From positions 1 through 61,579 of the IMG/VR virus record IMGVR_UViG_3300013426_000013: a stretch of 61,579 nucleotides of DNA; one strand, given 5' to 3'. This document shows, piece by piece, positions 30,570 to 40,707 of this stretch (positions within the stretch are counted from its first letter, which is position 1; every line of letters begins with the position of its first letter). This stretch comes from a virus (Duplodnaviria; Heunggongvirae; Uroviricota; Caudoviricetes). The notes beneath the pieces are model-generated. The model did no database searches. It had not been told where the DNA came from and was given only the letters and a program-made list of their open reading frames with translations. The position numbers and the translations under genes were made by a program.

Positions 30570-31031
30570 GTGGTGATAGGTATGTTGCCTTTATATGGTT
30601 ATGCGAGTGAAGTCGAACGATTGTATAAAAGAACATATCTGAAAATATACAATCAAGATGGGTATGACATCAGTTTGGTAAAAGTTTTTGTAAACGGTGT
30701 CACGCCATATATAGACTACAAAGTCATACAGACACCTAAACGGAACTTGCGCTGTTTAAAACAATTCAAAACTTGTGAAGAAGGTTTGGATGCAGTGCTT
30801 GAAATGAATCCGTTCAGTAAGGATGTATGGTTAACTAAAATTGGTGGAAGGTATGCATTGTATATAAAGAAAGCTAAAATAATCAATACATACACAAAAC
30901 CTTTTTGGACACCTGTTATCAATGAGTCGTTTTTGGAATTTATCGAACAGTGGAAAGGAACTATATCATCAGCGTTCGAACATTACAAAAACGTTAACAA
31001 CGATGGTCAAGGATTGCTTGACACAATTTAA
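30570..31031 (+). CDS. Hypothetical protein with C-terminal motif
   Basis: Ends NDGQGLLDTI*. Confidence 0.75.
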   Translation: MVIGMLPLYGYASEVERLYKRTYLKIYNQDGYDISLVKVFVNGVTPYIDYKVIQTPKRNLRCLKQFKTCEEGLDAVLEMNPFSKDVWLTKIGGRYALYIKKAKIINTYTKPFWTPVINESFLEFIEQWKGTISSAFEHYKNVNNDGQGLLDTI

Positions 31032-31042
31032 GGAGAAAGACA

Positions 31043-31318
31043 ATGAAAAAAGAATTTGGTTTTGGTTTTTTGCCTGATTGGGCAAGAGATTGCACGATTG
31101 AAAAAGGGTCTGGCAAATGGTGGGTTTTTACAGACAAAGACGGTGTACAGACACTGGTTTCCTATTTTACACCTATTATGCGTAGGTACGAAGATGGAAC
31201 AATGGTTCGTTTTGTTGAGAGCTGTTCAATGACAACTTTTCAACACATTCGTAAGTGGTCTGGCTTGAGAGCTGATGATTTCAGAGCCTTGCCGTTAACT
31301 TCTATCGAAAACGGGTGA
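31043..31318 (+). CDS. Phage hypothetical protein
   Basis: AAGGAG RBS; LVSYxTP...SxTTxxHI pattern. Confidence 0.75.
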   Translation: MKKEFGFGFLPDWARDCTIEKGSGKWWVFTDKDGVQTLVSYFTPIMRRYEDGTMVRFVESCSMTTFQHIRKWSGLRADDFRALPLTSIENG

Positions 31319-31322
31319 ACAA

Positions 31323-31511
31323 ATGCCGAACGTAAGTAAAGTAAAAGAAATAACCCGTAAAGCATTAGAAATGATGCATACGGAGTTATCTGATGATGAC
31401 ATTGAAAGATGTGTAGATTATGCATGGACATTACACGATTTGGGGATGTCAGAACAGGAAGCAGCTATCACAGCTTGCAAGGAATTTATCTTGATTGAAA
31501 GGAGCTTTTGA
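31323..31511 (+). CDS. Hypothetical protein
   Basis: 62 aa, in operon. Confidence 0.65.
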   Translation: MPNVSKVKEITRKALEMMHTELSDDDIERCVDYAWTLHDLGMSEQEAAITACKEFILIERSF

Positions 31512-31512
31512 A

Positions 31513-32007
31513 ATGCAATTGTCACCTTTATCAGAGTCAACAAGAAAAGCAGTTGAAAATGAAATTGAGGCGGTGAAGGATATCATCGCCCTTTTTCCGC
31601 AAGTCAAAGAAGTTGTCAAGAAATATGACGGTAAAACATTGGACACACGCACAGTCCATAAGATACAAAAAGAATTGTTGAAGGTCGATAGGCATCTTGA
31701 TTTCAGCTTTTTGTATGCTCATATCAAAATTGAACATTTCGACAATTACAATGAAATCAACACGACCCATTGCATCTATTCAAAGTATCTGACAAAGTCA
31801 GAAGTCAACTTTCAATATGATGAAGAATGCTTTAATTATGCCGAACAGTATCTTAAAAGCTATATCGAAAAATTCAACAACTATATGTTGAATGAAAAAA
31901 TGTTGTTGGAATCATTGCAACAAGTCAGCGAAACATACAACGCCTTAACAAAAGAGATACCTACTGTATGCCAAAGATTGGTTGGCGTCAGAGTGGCTTC
32001 ATTATAA
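31513..32007 (+). CDS. Hypothetical protein
   Basis: AAGGAG RBS before ATG 31513. Confidence 0.72.
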   Translation: MQLSPLSESTRKAVENEIEAVKDIIALFPQVKEVVKKYDGKTLDTRTVHKIQKELLKVDRHLDFSFLYAHIKIEHFDNYNEINTTHCIYSKYLTKSEVNFQYDEECFNYAEQYLKSYIEKFNNYMLNEKMLLESLQQVSETYNALTKEIPTVCQRLVGVRVASL

Positions 32008-32020
32008 AAGGAGATTGACA

Positions 32021-32467
32021 ATGCTTAAAGAATGTGATAAAAAAGACGCGACATTGGCATACATCATCAAGACAATGAGTGAGTATGACGGTTTGATCTT
32101 GCACGGGAAACCGACGAATGTGAACATCATAAAAGGTAATGTTGGTTATCAGCTGACAATCAAAAAGAAAGTACCGATTACTAAAAGCTTGATTGATGCA
32201 TTGGAAAAAACTGGCGATGTGGCTACAGTCAGTTTAGAATCATTGCAAAAGACGGTAGATATGTTTAAAGCTAAATCAGAAGCTTTACAGAAAGATGTCA
32301 AATTATTGCTTGATATTCTTGACAGATACCGTACAGCCGTTGACAGTTTCGCAGCAGAGAATTGTGAAAACATGAATGATGTGGAAGAATTTGAAGAGTT
32401 CTACAACATTAAAGTCAGCGGCAAACTGAAAAACGAAATTCAAGCAATTGAAGATTTACGGAGGTAA
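32021..32467 (+). CDS. Hypothetical protein
   Basis: AAGGAG RBS before ATG 32021. Confidence 0.72.
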   Translation: MLKECDKKDATLAYIIKTMSEYDGLILHGKPTNVNIIKGNVGYQLTIKKKVPITKSLIDALEKTGDVATVSLESLQKTVDMFKAKSEALQKDVKLLLDILDRYRTAVDSFAAENCENMNDVEEFEEFYNIKVSGKLKNEIQAIEDLRR

Positions 32468-32471
32468 AGAC

Positions 32472-33593
32472 ATGAGCAACAACCAAAACATGCATAAGGC
32501 AAAAGCAGCGAAAGACGATGAATTTTATACGCAATTGTCTGATATCGAAAAGGAGTTGGTCAAATACAAGGAACAGTTTAAAGGCAAAACTGTTTTGTGT
32601 AATTGTGATGATCCCTTTGAAAGCAACTTCTTTAAATTCTTCGCCTTGCAGTTTAAAGAGTTGGAGTTGAAAGAGTTAATCACAACAAGCTATCGTGACA
32701 GCGCAATCAAAAAGCAAAACATCAATATGTTTGACAGCGGTGCCTATAAAGTCAGGATTGTTGGAGAAAGTAACAATGAAAAGGATGTTCCTAATTTTCT
32801 GAAAAGGGAACATTACAATTTAAAGGACGTAATGAGGTGGTTGGAAGAACAAAAGAAAAGTTTTCCAAATGGAAATCTAAACGTATTTTCCCCTTTAGAA
32901 ACAGGCGACTTTGCCAGTGAAGAATGTGTGAAGTTGTTGGACGAAGCAGACATTGTCGTAACAAATCCGCCATTTTCCAAATTCCGCGAGTTTGTTGCAT
33001 TGCTGATGGAACATAAGAAACAGTTTCTGATTATCGGGAACAAAAATGCCATTGCATATAAAGAGGTTTTCCCGTTGATTAAGGAAAACAAGTTGTGGTT
33101 AGGGTATAATTCGCCAAAAGAATTTGTGCAACCCAATGGGACAACCAAAAAGTTTGGCAACATTTGTTGGTTCACAAACTTGCCTATTGAGAAGCGTGAA
33201 GAGTATTTGGATTTGTTTGAGGAGTACAACCTTGACAAATACCCGATGTATGACAACTATCTTGCCATCAATGTTGACCGTGTTGCAGATATTCCTTGCA
33301 ATGAATGGTTTGAAATGACGGTTAATGAAGACCTTTACAACAAACTTAAAGCGACGTATGGTGATGATTGTGTGCTGATTGATAGTGATGATGTTAAGAA
33401 ACAATATCACATTAAGGTTCGCAACATTGTCATGGGTGTTCCTATTACGTTCCTTGACAAGTATTGCCCGAAACAGTTTGAGATTGTTGGTCTTGACAGA
33501 TACGTCGAAGATAACCCTAATTTTGGGCATCGGTTTCATTTGAACAAGAAAGAAGTTTATGCACGCATTTTAATAAAACGTGTAATAAAATAA
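32472..33593 (+). CDS. Adenine-specific DNA methyltransferase, EcoRI-like family
   Basis: AKDDEFYTQLSDIEKEL, LCNCDDP, DIVVTNPPFS, MGVPITFLDKY. Confidence 0.88.
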   Translation: MSNNQNMHKAKAAKDDEFYTQLSDIEKELVKYKEQFKGKTVLCNCDDPFESNFFKFFALQFKELELKELITTSYRDSAIKKQNINMFDSGAYKVRIVGESNNEKDVPNFLKREHYNLKDVMRWLEEQKKSFPNGNLNVFSPLETGDFASEECVKLLDEADIVVTNPPFSKFREFVALLMEHKKQFLIIGNKNAIAYKEVFPLIKENKLWLGYNSPKEFVQPNGTTKKFGNICWFTNLPIEKREEYLDLFEEYNLDKYPMYDNYLAINVDRVADIPCNEWFEMTVNEDLYNKLKATYGDDCVLIDSDDVKKQYHIKVRNIVMGVPITFLDKYCPKQFEIVGLDRYVEDNPNFGHRFHLNKKEVYARILIKRVIK

Positions 33594-33690
33594 ACCTTAA
33601 CAGATAGAAGCGATATCATTCATTTGGTATCGCTTTTATTTTATCAAACATCCAATCAGTTGTCAACATCTAAATGAAAGGGAGAAAGAG

Positions 33691-34857
33691 ATGACGATGA
33701 AGATTACGAAAACCGAGATTGCGATTCGGGATTTGGTGAAGGATTATAAAGAAGATAAGAAGACAGGTAAAATTACAGGGTATGGAGGGAAGCTGAATAT
33801 CCGTCCGAAATTTCAGAGGGAGTTTGTTTATAAGGACAAACAACAGGAGGCTGTTTTGGAAACAGTAAAGAAAGGCTTTCCGCTGAATACTATTTATTGG
33901 TCAAAGTCAAATGAAGACAGTTTTGATTGGGAGGTTCTTGATGGGCAGCAGCGAACAATTTCAATCTGTCGTTTCTGCACGAATCAGTTTTCGATGGAAT
34001 TTCAGAAAGGTGTTCCTGTTTTCTTTATGAACATGCCAGAAGAAGATAAGAACAAGATTTTGGATTACAAGCTTGACGTGTATCAATGTGATGGTACAGA
34101 TATAGAGAAGCTGGAATGGTTCAAAGTCATTAACATTGCAGGAGAAAAACTTTACCCGCAGGAGTTAAGGAACGCTGTTTATTCAGGAGAATGGTTGACA
34201 AAAGCGAAGGAGTTGTTTTCCAAACAGAATGGTTGGGTGTATCGTAAATACAAAGACCTTTTGTCAGGGCAGGTCATTCGGCAGGATTACCTTGAAACGG
34301 CATTGAGTTGGATTGGTGCGAAGGAAGGCAAGAGTATTGAGGAATACATGGCAGCGCATCAGTTTGATGAAGTGAACAAGGAAGGAACGCCTGAAGGATT
34401 TCCATTATTCAAATATGTGAAAGATGTGTTTGATTGGGTAGATAAGACTTTCCCGACGGCACGGTCGTATTTGAAAGAAGCGAAGAAAGTGGAATGGGGT
34501 TTGTTGTACAATCGTTTTGGAACAGAATCGCCTGACATTGAAGAAATCAATGATGAGGTCAAGAAACTGATGATGGATAGTGATGTCGAGAAGAAGTCAG
34601 GGATTTGGGAATATGTGTTGTCAAATGATGAAAGTGTATTGAACATTCGCACGTTTGATGACAATACAAAACGAGAAGTGTATGAACGTCAGCATCATAA
34701 ATGTCCGTATTGTGTACAGGAAGGGAATGACAAGGAATATAAAATTGAAGAGATGGAAGCAGACCATATAACGCCGTGGTCGCAGGGTGGAAAGACGACA
34801 ACAGAAAATTGTCAGATGTTGTGTAAGAAACACAATCGAAAGAAGAGCGACAAGTAA
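33691..34857 (+). CDS. DUF262 (GmrS/ParB-like) domain fused to a C-terminal HNH endonuclease
   Basis: RPKFQREFVY, VLDGQQR, FKVINIAG; C-terminal CPYC...EADHITPWSQGGKT...CQMLCKKHN. Confidence 0.88.
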   Translation: MTMKITKTEIAIRDLVKDYKEDKKTGKITGYGGKLNIRPKFQREFVYKDKQQEAVLETVKKGFPLNTIYWSKSNEDSFDWEVLDGQQRTISICRFCTNQFSMEFQKGVPVFFMNMPEEDKNKILDYKLDVYQCDGTDIEKLEWFKVINIAGEKLYPQELRNAVYSGEWLTKAKELFSKQNGWVYRKYKDLLSGQVIRQDYLETALSWIGAKEGKSIEEYMAAHQFDEVNKEGTPEGFPLFKYVKDVFDWVDKTFPTARSYLKEAKKVEWGLLYNRFGTESPDIEEINDEVKKLMMDSDVEKKSGIWEYVLSNDESVLNIRTFDDNTKREVYERQHHKCPYCVQEGNDKEYKIEEMEADHITPWSQGGKTTTENCQMLCKKHNRKKSDK

Positions 34858-34937
34858 AGAAAAAGATATAGGCGGGTGATAGAGATATTGCTCGTCTATT
34901 TTTTACTATAACATGAAAAAGAAAAGGAGTCAAGGAA

Positions 34938-35204
34938 ATGATAAAAGTAGGAGATATTCTCAAAGAGAAGGAAGATAGTGAACGATTAAGCATTATCACG
35001 AAGATTAAGAACGATGATAGTTTGATAGAAGTTCACATGATAGCTGAAGATGGAGAAGTTCGTATAATCACATATCTTGATGAAGACACCATGCAAGAAA
35101 GTATTGGCAGCAAGATTGTATCAGAAAACCAAAATGATACAGATTGGTTGTCGCGTATTGTTAATGTGTTCACAAAAGGTGAGCGAACATTGCAATCTAT
35201 ATAA
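34938..35204 (+). CDS. Hypothetical protein with C-terminal motif
   Basis: Ends TKGERTLQSI*. Confidence 0.72.
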   Translation: MIKVGDILKEKEDSERLSIITKIKNDDSLIEVHMIAEDGEVRIITYLDEDTMQESIGSKIVSENQNDTDWLSRIVNVFTKGERTLQSI

Positions 35205-35225
35205 CGAAAAAGAGGAGTAAAGAAA

Positions 35226-35918
35226 ATGGGGCAGCGTTTAATTGTAGAGTTTCGGTATGATGGCGAAACGATATTCGGATTGTACCAGCATTGGTCGGCA
35301 TATACGCAATCCGCATTTGAAACATTATATTCCTTGATACAGTGTGATAATGATTTAGGAACGGGTGGACATTGGAAGAAGCCGACCAGTTATAAAGAAG
35401 CAGTGTTGCAAGCAATGGAGATGGCTAGCAACATTCAAGGGGTTGTATGGGACAATTATAATCCCGCAATGAAAGATAAAGATGACGAATCGTTTGGTTG
35501 GTCGTATGTTAGAAAAACATTTACGGGAGATGACGACCAATCAAAAGCAATCAGAGCGTTATCAGAGAAATTTTCAAACGTAGGCGACCGTTCAACAGGG
35601 TTGGTTATGATTGGAAAAGAGGCTGAAAATTGTCTTGATTTAGGTGAATATAGTATTGCTATTAACCTTGACGATCAAGATATTCAGTTTGATGTTTTTA
35701 ACTTTTTTGAGGGTCTTGCGGAATATGTTGATTGCTACGGTGGAGAAGCAGACAAGCCTTCAAATTTAGTGTTGCCCCAAAATGTTTATCTTGACAATTT
35801 TAAATATGATGATATAGATTGTATATCACCAGTTATTGACAAGATGGCAGAAGGGTATCAGTTTTATGTGCCAAGTATAGGTTATGATAAAGATGTGATA
35901 TTTGGCGCAATCGCTTAA
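35226..35918 (+). CDS. Phage hypothetical protein
   Basis: GAGGAG RBS; MGQR...YQHWSAYT. Confidence 0.75.
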   Translation: MGQRLIVEFRYDGETIFGLYQHWSAYTQSAFETLYSLIQCDNDLGTGGHWKKPTSYKEAVLQAMEMASNIQGVVWDNYNPAMKDKDDESFGWSYVRKTFTGDDDQSKAIRALSEKFSNVGDRSTGLVMIGKEAENCLDLGEYSIAINLDDQDIQFDVFNFFEGLAEYVDCYGGEADKPSNLVLPQNVYLDNFKYDDIDCISPVIDKMAEGYQFYVPSIGYDKDVIFGAIA

Positions 35919-35941
35919 CAAACTAAATGGGAGTAAAAGCT

Positions 35942-38230
35942 ATGGAAGTAAAAACGTCTGATGTGAGAATGGAAAGCAATGAACAGTTGCAGGGAAAATC
36001 GTTCACGATTGCAACTAATGCGAAAGCTTTTGAAATCTTGACAAGCACGTTGTACAGTAATGTTCCGTCGTCGATTGTTCGTGAACTGATTTCCAATGGT
36101 TATGATGGACATGTCCGTGCTGGCAATGTGTTGAAAGAAATTGATGTGCATTGTCCGACTGTGTTTGAACCGACATTTGAAGTACGGGATTACGGTTGTT
36201 CTATGGACGAAGAAACAATGATGAATGTATATACGACATTCTTTTCGTCAACAAAGAATGGTGGCAATTCCGAAGTAGGTGGTTTTGGTTTAGGTTGTAA
36301 ATTGCCGTTTGCATATACGGATATGTTCACAATTACAACGTATCTGAATGGTAAACGTCAAGACTATATCGCCAGTAAAGAAAATGGTGTCCCGACATTA
36401 AACAAAATGGGAGATGCTGAAGATACTGACGAACCCAACGGCGTTAAAGTGTGTGTTCCTGTGCAGGAAGATGACATGGAGAGTTTTGAAGATGCAGTGG
36501 AATATATGATTAAGTATTCTACTTTTCCGATTAAGTCTAATCTTGAATGTCAACCCGCAAAGGAATATGACTGTGCAGGAATTTTTAGCTATCATAATTA
36601 TGGCAATGCAGGTAAAAAGGAAAAAAAGCAGATCATTCGTGTAGGAGGTGTACCGTACAGACTGAACTGTAAAGAAATGGCGGCTGGGTTCAACATGTGG
36701 GATAATGTAAAGTATTATAAAGCGCAACAGTCGTATGATAGTAATCGACTGTTGTTGCATAAAGCTTTATGTGAAGTTGAACGTTATAACTCGTTTGATT
36801 TGCCGATTGAAAAACTTTTCGACTATAACGGTTGTTTGGATTTTGAAATTGGCGAATTAGACATCACGGCATCAAGAGAGTCTTTGCAGTATTCTGTCAA
36901 GACAAAAATGGTGTTGTTCAAACGACTGGTTGAACTGCAGACGAAATTGTATGATTATCTGTACAAGAAGATTTCTGTATGGAATGACAACATGCAAACG
37001 TTGGACAAAGCTATCGACAAGTTCAAAGAGTTGTTGCAGTTCAATTACGGTAGTTTTGCGAGTGTTTCCAGAGCAATCCGTTTCAACTATAAGGTTGGTG
37101 GGTTTGAAAGCTATATTAACATCGACAGTTATGATCCGTCATTGTTATGCTACAGTGAGGAAATCGTCCAAAAGAATAGTTTGTTGGACGGGTTGGAAAC
37201 GCCGAGGTGTCATACGTTAAATGCTGATACGAAACGTATTCAACATTCAATCAAAATGGCAACAATTTCTTTGACTAAAACGAGTGTTAAGCAAGACATC
37301 TACATTACCAATGCACCGTTGAAGTATAGCGGAATCAATGTGGACGAAAAGAAGATTGAAGAATTTGGCAGGTATAACGCCAATGAAGCAATCATTACGG
37401 TTGCACAACGTTCCGATGTACAGAAACAAGGTGAATTGTTGCAGAAACGTCTTGATGCGATTGCACCTAATATCTACAATGTTATAGTTGTGGATAAAAA
37501 GAATTGTGCAATCCCGAAAGCAACTCGACAAATCAGAAGAGTAAAAGATAGCAAAGAAGAAGTGGTTGACGAAAAACCGATGACGATTGCCGCTAAACAA
37601 TTGATTGCAAGTATGCAACCGATTGTGGACTATTTTGGCAAGATTTATCTGTTCAAAGGAAACGGAAAAAATTATGCAAGAATTAAGAGTGCATTGTCAG
37701 CTCTTGATTTGGCTAAAGACTTCTTTGGAATTCCGAGTATGCAACCGATTCTTAATTGTTTTACTGTTCACGGTACGGCAAGAAAATTGGTTGAGAAAAT
37801 AGCTGATGTTCCTGTCGTGTATTTTGAAGATGAGGATGATGCCAATGACAACATTGCAAAACATGAGTTAATCAAAAGACTGCAAAAACAGTTAACACAG
37901 CTTGACTTATTTGTTGGTCTGTCGAGAGATGTAAAAATCTTGATGAGAGGTTGCATCAAATACGGTGAAAAGTATGCTCAATGTGATACATTGAAACACA
38001 TTCGCAAGGTGCAAGAGTTAGGCATTTGTTCAGTACCGTCGGTTGAGAAGTACGCTAAAGTAGATGCGAATGCAGCAGTGTTGACAGTATGCAAAAACTT
38101 TTTGTACCGTATGACTGAAGCACAGCGAAATTTGGTAATGGCTAATATCTTTTACCAAAATTCTTTCTATTATTCAGCCCCTGAATTTAATGATTTCTTA
38201 AGAAGTTTGGGGTTGACAATAGAGGAATAA
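35942..38230 (+). CDS. rIIA: RIIA-like protein (N-terminal GHKL ATPase)
   Basis: AFEILTSTLYS...IVRELISNGYD, VRDYGCSM, SSTK, GGFGLGCK, GELDITASRESL. Confidence 0.85.
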   Translation: MEVKTSDVRMESNEQLQGKSFTIATNAKAFEILTSTLYSNVPSSIVRELISNGYDGHVRAGNVLKEIDVHCPTVFEPTFEVRDYGCSMDEETMMNVYTTFFSSTKNGGNSEVGGFGLGCKLPFAYTDMFTITTYLNGKRQDYIASKENGVPTLNKMGDAEDTDEPNGVKVCVPVQEDDMESFEDAVEYMIKYSTFPIKSNLECQPAKEYDCAGIFSYHNYGNAGKKEKKQIIRVGGVPYRLNCKEMAAGFNMWDNVKYYKAQQSYDSNRLLLHKALCEVERYNSFDLPIEKLFDYNGCLDFEIGELDITASRESLQYSVKTKMVLFKRLVELQTKLYDYLYKKISVWNDNMQTLDKAIDKFKELLQFNYGSFASVSRAIRFNYKVGGFESYINIDSYDPSLLCYSEEIVQKNSLLDGLETPRCHTLNADTKRIQHSIKMATISLTKTSVKQDIYITNAPLKYSGINVDEKKIEEFGRYNANEAIITVAQRSDVQKQGELLQKRLDAIAPNIYNVIVVDKKNCAIPKATRQIRRVKDSKEEVVDEKPMTIAAKQLIASMQPIVDYFGKIYLFKGNGKNYARIKSALSALDLAKDFFGIPSMQPILNCFTVHGTARKLVEKIADVPVVYFEDEDDANDNIAKHELIKRLQKQLTQLDLFVGLSRDVKILMRGCIKYGEKYAQCDTLKHIRKVQELGICSVPSVEKYAKVDANAAVLTVCKNFLYRMTEAQRNLVMANIFYQNSFYYSAPEFNDFLRSLGLTIEE

Positions 38231-38236
38231 TTTGAT

Positions 38237-38278
38237 AGAAAAGGGTGAGTTGAAAGATATTCACCCTTTTCTTTTTTA
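38237..38278 (+). promoter_or_regulatory. Hairpin with TGAAANAT loop (copy 3), terminator-like
   Basis: AGAAAAGGGTGAGT-TGAAAGAT-ATTCACCCTTTTCT plus T-tract. Confidence 0.65.
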
Positions 38279-38307
38279 ACAACAGAATTCAATGAAAGGA
38301 CACGACG

Positions 38308-38970
38308 ATGATTAAATACTTTATAACGCCGAATGTTCTGACGATGTTCATCAATGGCAAACAAATCTTTGTTCCGAGCAGCCATCTGAATTATGAAACA
38401 ATGTGTAAAGTGTTAAAGGGGGGTTGTCAAGATGAAAAGGAAATCATGGCTTTAAATGACTTAAAGAATTGCATGCTGACAGAATTTCCAGATTTTGTTG
38501 AAGTTGCTGAAGATGGAAAATTGGTCTTAAAACATTGCCATGAAGTCAATGTGGAAAAGTTCACAAAAGAAGCTTTACAATCGCAAAGAGATGGTAAAGA
38601 TACGCAAGGTTTCTTTTGTTTGTTGATGAACATGAGTGAGAACAAAACGATTGGAGTTGCAGACTTTTTACAATGGTTAAAGAGTGGCAGCTGTCGATAT
38701 ACCATCAATGGTACAATCTTAAGCTACGGGTTTATTGATGATGGAGGTGTCTGTTTTTTGAAAGAAGCTGCAGATAAAAACACCAATGCAATTGTTGACA
38801 TTAAACCGCAACTGCTTGAGATGTATGTTAATAAAGATAACAAATGGACGTGTGTTCACAAAATCAAAGATGGCAGCTTTACGGTAATGTGGCAAGGAGA
38901 AAATAAAAACTTGCCGAACATTGATTCCTTCAACGTGTTTAGTGGTGATGGGTTGCTGGATTGTTTCTAA
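38308..38970 (+). CDS. RIIB-like protein (short, divergent) with C-terminal motif
   Basis: Directly follows rIIA; N-terminal LTMFINGK..VPSSHLNY resembles RIIB; ends FSGDGLLDCF*. Confidence 0.55.
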   Translation: MIKYFITPNVLTMFINGKQIFVPSSHLNYETMCKVLKGGCQDEKEIMALNDLKNCMLTEFPDFVEVAEDGKLVLKHCHEVNVEKFTKEALQSQRDGKDTQGFFCLLMNMSENKTIGVADFLQWLKSGSCRYTINGTILSYGFIDDGGVCFLKEAADKNTNAIVDIKPQLLEMYVNKDNKWTCVHKIKDGSFTVMWQGENKNLPNIDSFNVFSGDGLLDCF

Positions 38971-38987
38971 AGAGGAGTGAAAATGCA

Positions 38988-39416
38988 ATGGACGAAAAGA
39001 CATTAAAAGAAATCGAACAACTCGACAATACGCAAGTGCTTGACGAGCTTGAAGATTTGAGAGTCAATAACCTTTATGATGACTTGCAAGAAATGTTGTA
39101 TGCAATCTTTCCGTTGTATGCAATTGTGTACAATGAAATTGTGGAAAAGTTTCGCATCATCATTCCGTATGAAAATGATGGCATTGCTACCAATGCAAAT
39201 GATGAATTGGTGTATCAGTTAGCCTTGCAAGATGATACAGGTTTTGTGCGAACGATGATGTGGAATTTAGATGACCCTGTTGACAATGCAGAGTTTGTCA
39301 GAGGTGGAAGAAAACCGTTATTGCAGATTGTAAAGAAATGCAATAATTTTCTTGAAGCTGTGAACGCGCTGGCTGAAATCCAGAAAGACGGTGATAAACT
39401 GTTAAAGGAGGTGTAG
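38988..39416 (+). CDS. Hypothetical protein with C-terminal motif
   Basis: Ends KDGDKLLKEV*. Confidence 0.75.
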   Translation: MDEKTLKEIEQLDNTQVLDELEDLRVNNLYDDLQEMLYAIFPLYAIVYNEIVEKFRIIIPYENDGIATNANDELVYQLALQDDTGFVRTMMWNLDDPVDNAEFVRGGRKPLLQIVKKCNNFLEAVNALAEIQKDGDKLLKEV

Positions 39417-39418
39417 AG

Positions 39419-39784
39419 GTGAGAATGAAAACAGGTGAGTTGCTGGAACATATCAAACGCATTTTAAAAGATGCTAATGGTGAGTCTTTTGATGGCTATA
39501 CTTTTCATCTTGATAAAATCACCACTAAAGCAGATGAGTTAAGGAGTTTGTTTTCTGATGGTTTACAGTATGTATATGCTGTAGGCAAAAACATCAAAAA
39601 CGAAGGTGGGGGAGATGAGGTTTATATAAAACAACGTGCATTGATCCGAATTGATCGAGATGTACTTGTTCGTATAGCCAAATTGACCAATAAAAATGTA
39701 AAGCTGCGAAAGATTGACGCTAAACAGCTTTACTATTATTTGGAGATGGCTGAAATAGGGGAAGCTGTCTTAAACAGTCTTTAA
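39419..39784 (+). CDS. Hypothetical protein with C-terminal motif
   Basis: Ends EIGEAVLNSL*. Confidence 0.75.
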   Translation: MRMKTGELLEHIKRILKDANGESFDGYTFHLDKITTKADELRSLFSDGLQYVYAVGKNIKNEGGGDEVYIKQRALIRIDRDVLVRIAKLTNKNVKLRKIDAKQLYYYLEMAEIGEAVLNSL

Positions 39785-39796
39785 GGAAGTGTACCA

Positions 39797-40180
39797 ATGA
39801 CATGGAGCAGAGAAGAGATCATTTCAAACATGCAAAGGTTGTTTGTTGATAAGACTATTGATGTCATTGGCGATAAACAACCTTTTCAAATTCAAGTTGC
39901 AAAGTCAGGTGGAAGTTTTGATAAAAACAGCTTAAAGTCAAGTTGGAGTCGTGAGGGGAAGGATTATAAAATGTATGCTTTTTGCAGAACACCTTTTTCA
40001 CACGGAAGCTTGACTTTAGTTTGTTTTGTCTTAACAAAGAAGCTCGCACGACAGTTATCAAATTATTCAACAGGTGATTTGATAGCTACATTTTCTAAGT
40101 TTGATAACACTGTTAATCATACAATGTATATCAGACTTGAATTGTTGTCAACAGGAAAACAGACATTAGTGGAGATATAA
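39797..40180 (+). CDS. Hypothetical protein with C-terminal motif
   Basis: Ends STGKQTLVEI*. Confidence 0.75.
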   Translation: MTWSREEIISNMQRLFVDKTIDVIGDKQPFQIQVAKSGGSFDKNSLKSSWSREGKDYKMYAFCRTPFSHGSLTLVCFVLTKKLARQLSNYSTGDLIATFSKFDNTVNHTMYIRLELLSTGKQTLVEI

Positions 40181-40182
40181 CA

Positions 40183-40386
40183 ATGAAAAATGAAATCACA
40201 ATGAAGATGTGGATTTTCATATTGTCTATATGTGTATCATTCTTTTTGGGTTCGTTTGGTCAATACAAGAATCAATCGAAATACATAAAGATGATCGATA
40301 GCCAATTTGAAACAATGGAGAAGATGCAAGAGGTGAATAACAAGTGCGTGAAACAGGTTGCGGAGTGCGTTAACAAATTGAGGTGA
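40183..40386 (+). CDS. Small membrane protein
   Basis: N-terminal TM segment followed by a coiled coil. Confidence 0.68.
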   Translation: MKNEITMKMWIFILSICVSFFLGSFGQYKNQSKYIKMIDSQFETMEKMQEVNNKCVKQVAECVNKLR

Positions 40387-40389
40387 AAC

Positions 40390-40692
40390 ATGTCAAAGAA
40401 ATTGATTGACATCTTTTTAATTATATGTATAACATATATATTAAGATGGTGTTGGAACAAGTTTTCTAATACAGTGATAAACCCGAATGAAAAGGTCAAA
40501 TACCCTGATGTGAAAGTTAAGATGGTTGGGAAACGGTTAATCAAGAATGATCGAATTGTTGATTGTGCTGTAGCCATGATGCTTCAAGGGTATGACGACC
40601 AAGAAGTAAGAATGTTTATCACAAAAGCATACAGGACAAAAACAGGTAAAGAGTTTTTGGATTGTTGTGCAAAGAGTTTTTACATTTACTAA
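40390..40692 (+). CDS. Membrane-anchored hypothetical protein
   Basis: N-terminal hydrophobic helix. Confidence 0.68.
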   Translation: MSKKLIDIFLIICITYILRWCWNKFSNTVINPNEKVKYPDVKVKMVGKRLIKNDRIVDCAVAMMLQGYDDQEVRMFITKAYRTKTGKEFLDCCAKSFYIY

Positions 40693-40707
40693 ACGAGGAG
40701 AAGAAAG

